From assembly GCA_910580235.1 (NCBI GenBank), contig CAJTVU010000008.1, positions 3,310 through 67,309 on the forward strand: a stretch of 64,000 bases of DNA. Direction: 5' to 3'. Below the pieces are notes generated by a model. That model was not told where the DNA came from, did no database searches, and saw nothing but the letters and a program-made list of their open reading frames with translations. Position numbers and translations under genes: made by a program. The first letter of the stretch is position 1; the number at the start of each line of letters is the position of its first letter. Source of the DNA: an uncultured Dorea sp. (GTDB taxonomy: Bacteria > Bacillota > Clostridia > Lachnospirales > Lachnospiraceae). This document shows positions 62,692 to 64,000 of this stretch, in pieces.

Positions 62692-64000
62692 ATGAGATAT
62701 GATGTAATTATTATCGGCGCGGGGCCTGGAGGGATTTTTTCTGCATATCAGCTTACGAAAAAGAGGCCGGAGCTTAAAATAGCTGTCTTTGAGGCGGGAC
62801 ATTCTCTGGACAGGCGTAAGTGCCCGATCGACGGCGACAAGGTGAAGACTTGTATTAACTGTAAGACGTGCGCCATCATGAGCGGATTTGGCGGCGCAGG
62901 AGCATTTTCCGACGGAAAGTACAATATTACGAATGATTTCGGAGGAACGTTGTACGAGTACATCGGTAAGAAGAAAGCAACCGAGCTTATGCAGTATGTA
63001 GACGAGATTAACGTCTCTCATGGAGGAGCGGGTACGAAGATGTACTCAACGGCGGGGACTGCTTTTAAGAAAGCATGTATGCAGAATAAGCTGAATCTTC
63101 TGGAAGCATCTGTGCGCCACCTTGGAACGGATATTAATTATGTTGTTCTGGAGCAGCTGTATGATGAGCTTAAGAGCAAGGTGGACTTCTATTTTGACAC
63201 TGTTGTAAGCAAGATTGAAGTGATGGATGGAGGGTATAAGATCCATTTTGCAGATGGGGCGGAGGAGTGCAGGAACTGCATCGTTTCCGTAGGGCGCAGC
63301 GGCAGCAAATGGATGGAGACGGTGTGCAAAGATCTTGCTATTCCGACCAAGTCTAATCGTGTGGACATTGGCGTGCGCGTGGAGCTTCCGGCGGTGATTT
63401 TCGCACATCTCACAGATGAGCTATATGAGAGCAAGATTGTATATCGCACGGAGAAGTTTGAGGATAGTGTGAGGACGTTCTGCATGAATCCGTGCGGGAT
63501 TGTCGTGAATGAGAACACGAACGGCATTATTACAGTGAACGGGCATAGTTTTGAAGGGGAAGAAAAGAAAACGGAGAATACGAATTTCGCTCTTTTAGTA
63601 GCGAAGCATTTCTCTGAGCCTTTTAAGGATAGCAACGGCTACGGCGAAGGAATCGCGCGTTTGTCTAACATGCTTGGTGGCGGCGTTATCGTGCAGCGGT
63701 TCGGCGATCTGGAGAGGGGGAGAAGGAGCACCCAGAAGAGGATAGAGGAAGGGACGGTGAGGCCTACCCTTGCGGCTACGCCGGGGGACTTAAGCCTGGT
63801 CCTTCCGAAACGGATACTGGATGGAATTATTGAGATGATCCATGCTCTTGATAAGATCGCGCCAGGGACGGCCAATGACGATACATTGCTGTATGGGGTA
63901 GAAGTGAAGTTCTACAATATGGAAGTGGAGCTTAATGAAAATCTTGAGACAAAATATGAGGGGCTGTATGTAATCGGGGACGGGAGCGGAGTCACACATT
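62692..64000 (+). CDS. FAD-dependent dehydrogenase (COG2509-like), 3' end outside window
   Basis: My own translation from ATG 62692 gives MRYDVIIIGAGPGGIFSAYQL..CPIDGDKVKTCINCKTCAIMSGFGGAGAFSDGKYN. The frame is open to the window end. It is absent from the track because no stop is reached. Confidence 0.75.
   Translation, partial: MRYDVIIIGAGPGGIFSAYQLTKKRPELKIAVFEAGHSLDRRKCPIDGDKVKTCINCKTCAIMSGFGGAGAFSDGKYNITNDFGGTLYEYIGKKKATELMQYVDEINVSHGGAGTKMYSTAGTAFKKACMQNKLNLLEASVRHLGTDINYVVLEQLYDELKSKVDFYFDTVVSKIEVMDGGYKIHFADGAEECRNCIVSVGRSGSKWMETVCKDLAIPTKSNRVDIGVRVELPAVIFAHLTDELYESKIVYRTEKFEDSVRTFCMNPCGIVVNENTNGIITVNGHSFEGEEKKTENTNFALLVAKHFSEPFKDSNGYGEGIARLSNMLGGGVIVQRFGDLERGRRSTQKRIEEGTVRPTLAATPGDLSLVLPKRILDGIIEMIHALDKIAPGTANDDTLLYGVEVKFYNMEVELNENLETKYEGLYVIGDGSGVTH

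Overview
This 64-kb window looks like a chromosomal segment of a Firmicutes/Clostridia-type genome, possibly Lachnospiraceae-like. That placement is an inference from gene content: rpsF-ssb-rpsR, rpsL-rpsG-fusA-tuf, sortase B, DUF5685/DUF951, and strong GGAGG ribosome-binding sites. The core is ordinary: two FtsX/ABC exporter components, two sugar ABC importers, ribosomal protein and EF-G/EF-Tu operons, an OPT transporter and a Ca/Na antiporter. Three things stand out. (1) A large GntR-associated catabolic cluster (about 4.3-20.9 kb) combines an enamidase-like amidohydrolase, an isochorismatase-like hydrolase, three RraA-like aldolase paralogs, two tandem DUF1185 genes, and LarA-like, serine-dehydratase-like and beta-hydroxyacid dehydrogenase genes. 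(2) Three islets look AT-rich by eye and carry no integrase: 21.9-29.7 kb, 33.7-37.8 kb and 54.8-60.2 kb. They carry conflict-type genes. These are a split ABC-ATPase/TOPRIM (PARIS-like) pair extended by a membrane protein and a PD-(D/E)XK-like protein; a compact SLATT-like 2TM / Pol-beta nucleotidyltransferase / 2H-phosphoesterase-N6-methyltransferase cassette, which is my top candidate for an undescribed system; an unannotated holin-like type I toxin with a convergent antisense RNA; an orphan vsr; and a decayed AlbA_2-type paralog. (3) A roughly 60-nt structured motif is conserved in four intergenic copies, all on the + strand, and I cannot assign it to a known RNA family. I saw no rRNA, tRNA, CRISPR array, transposase or integrase. 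All domain calls come from motif recognition by eye, with no searches run. Start codons were refined from RBS spacing where the ORF track over-extended.
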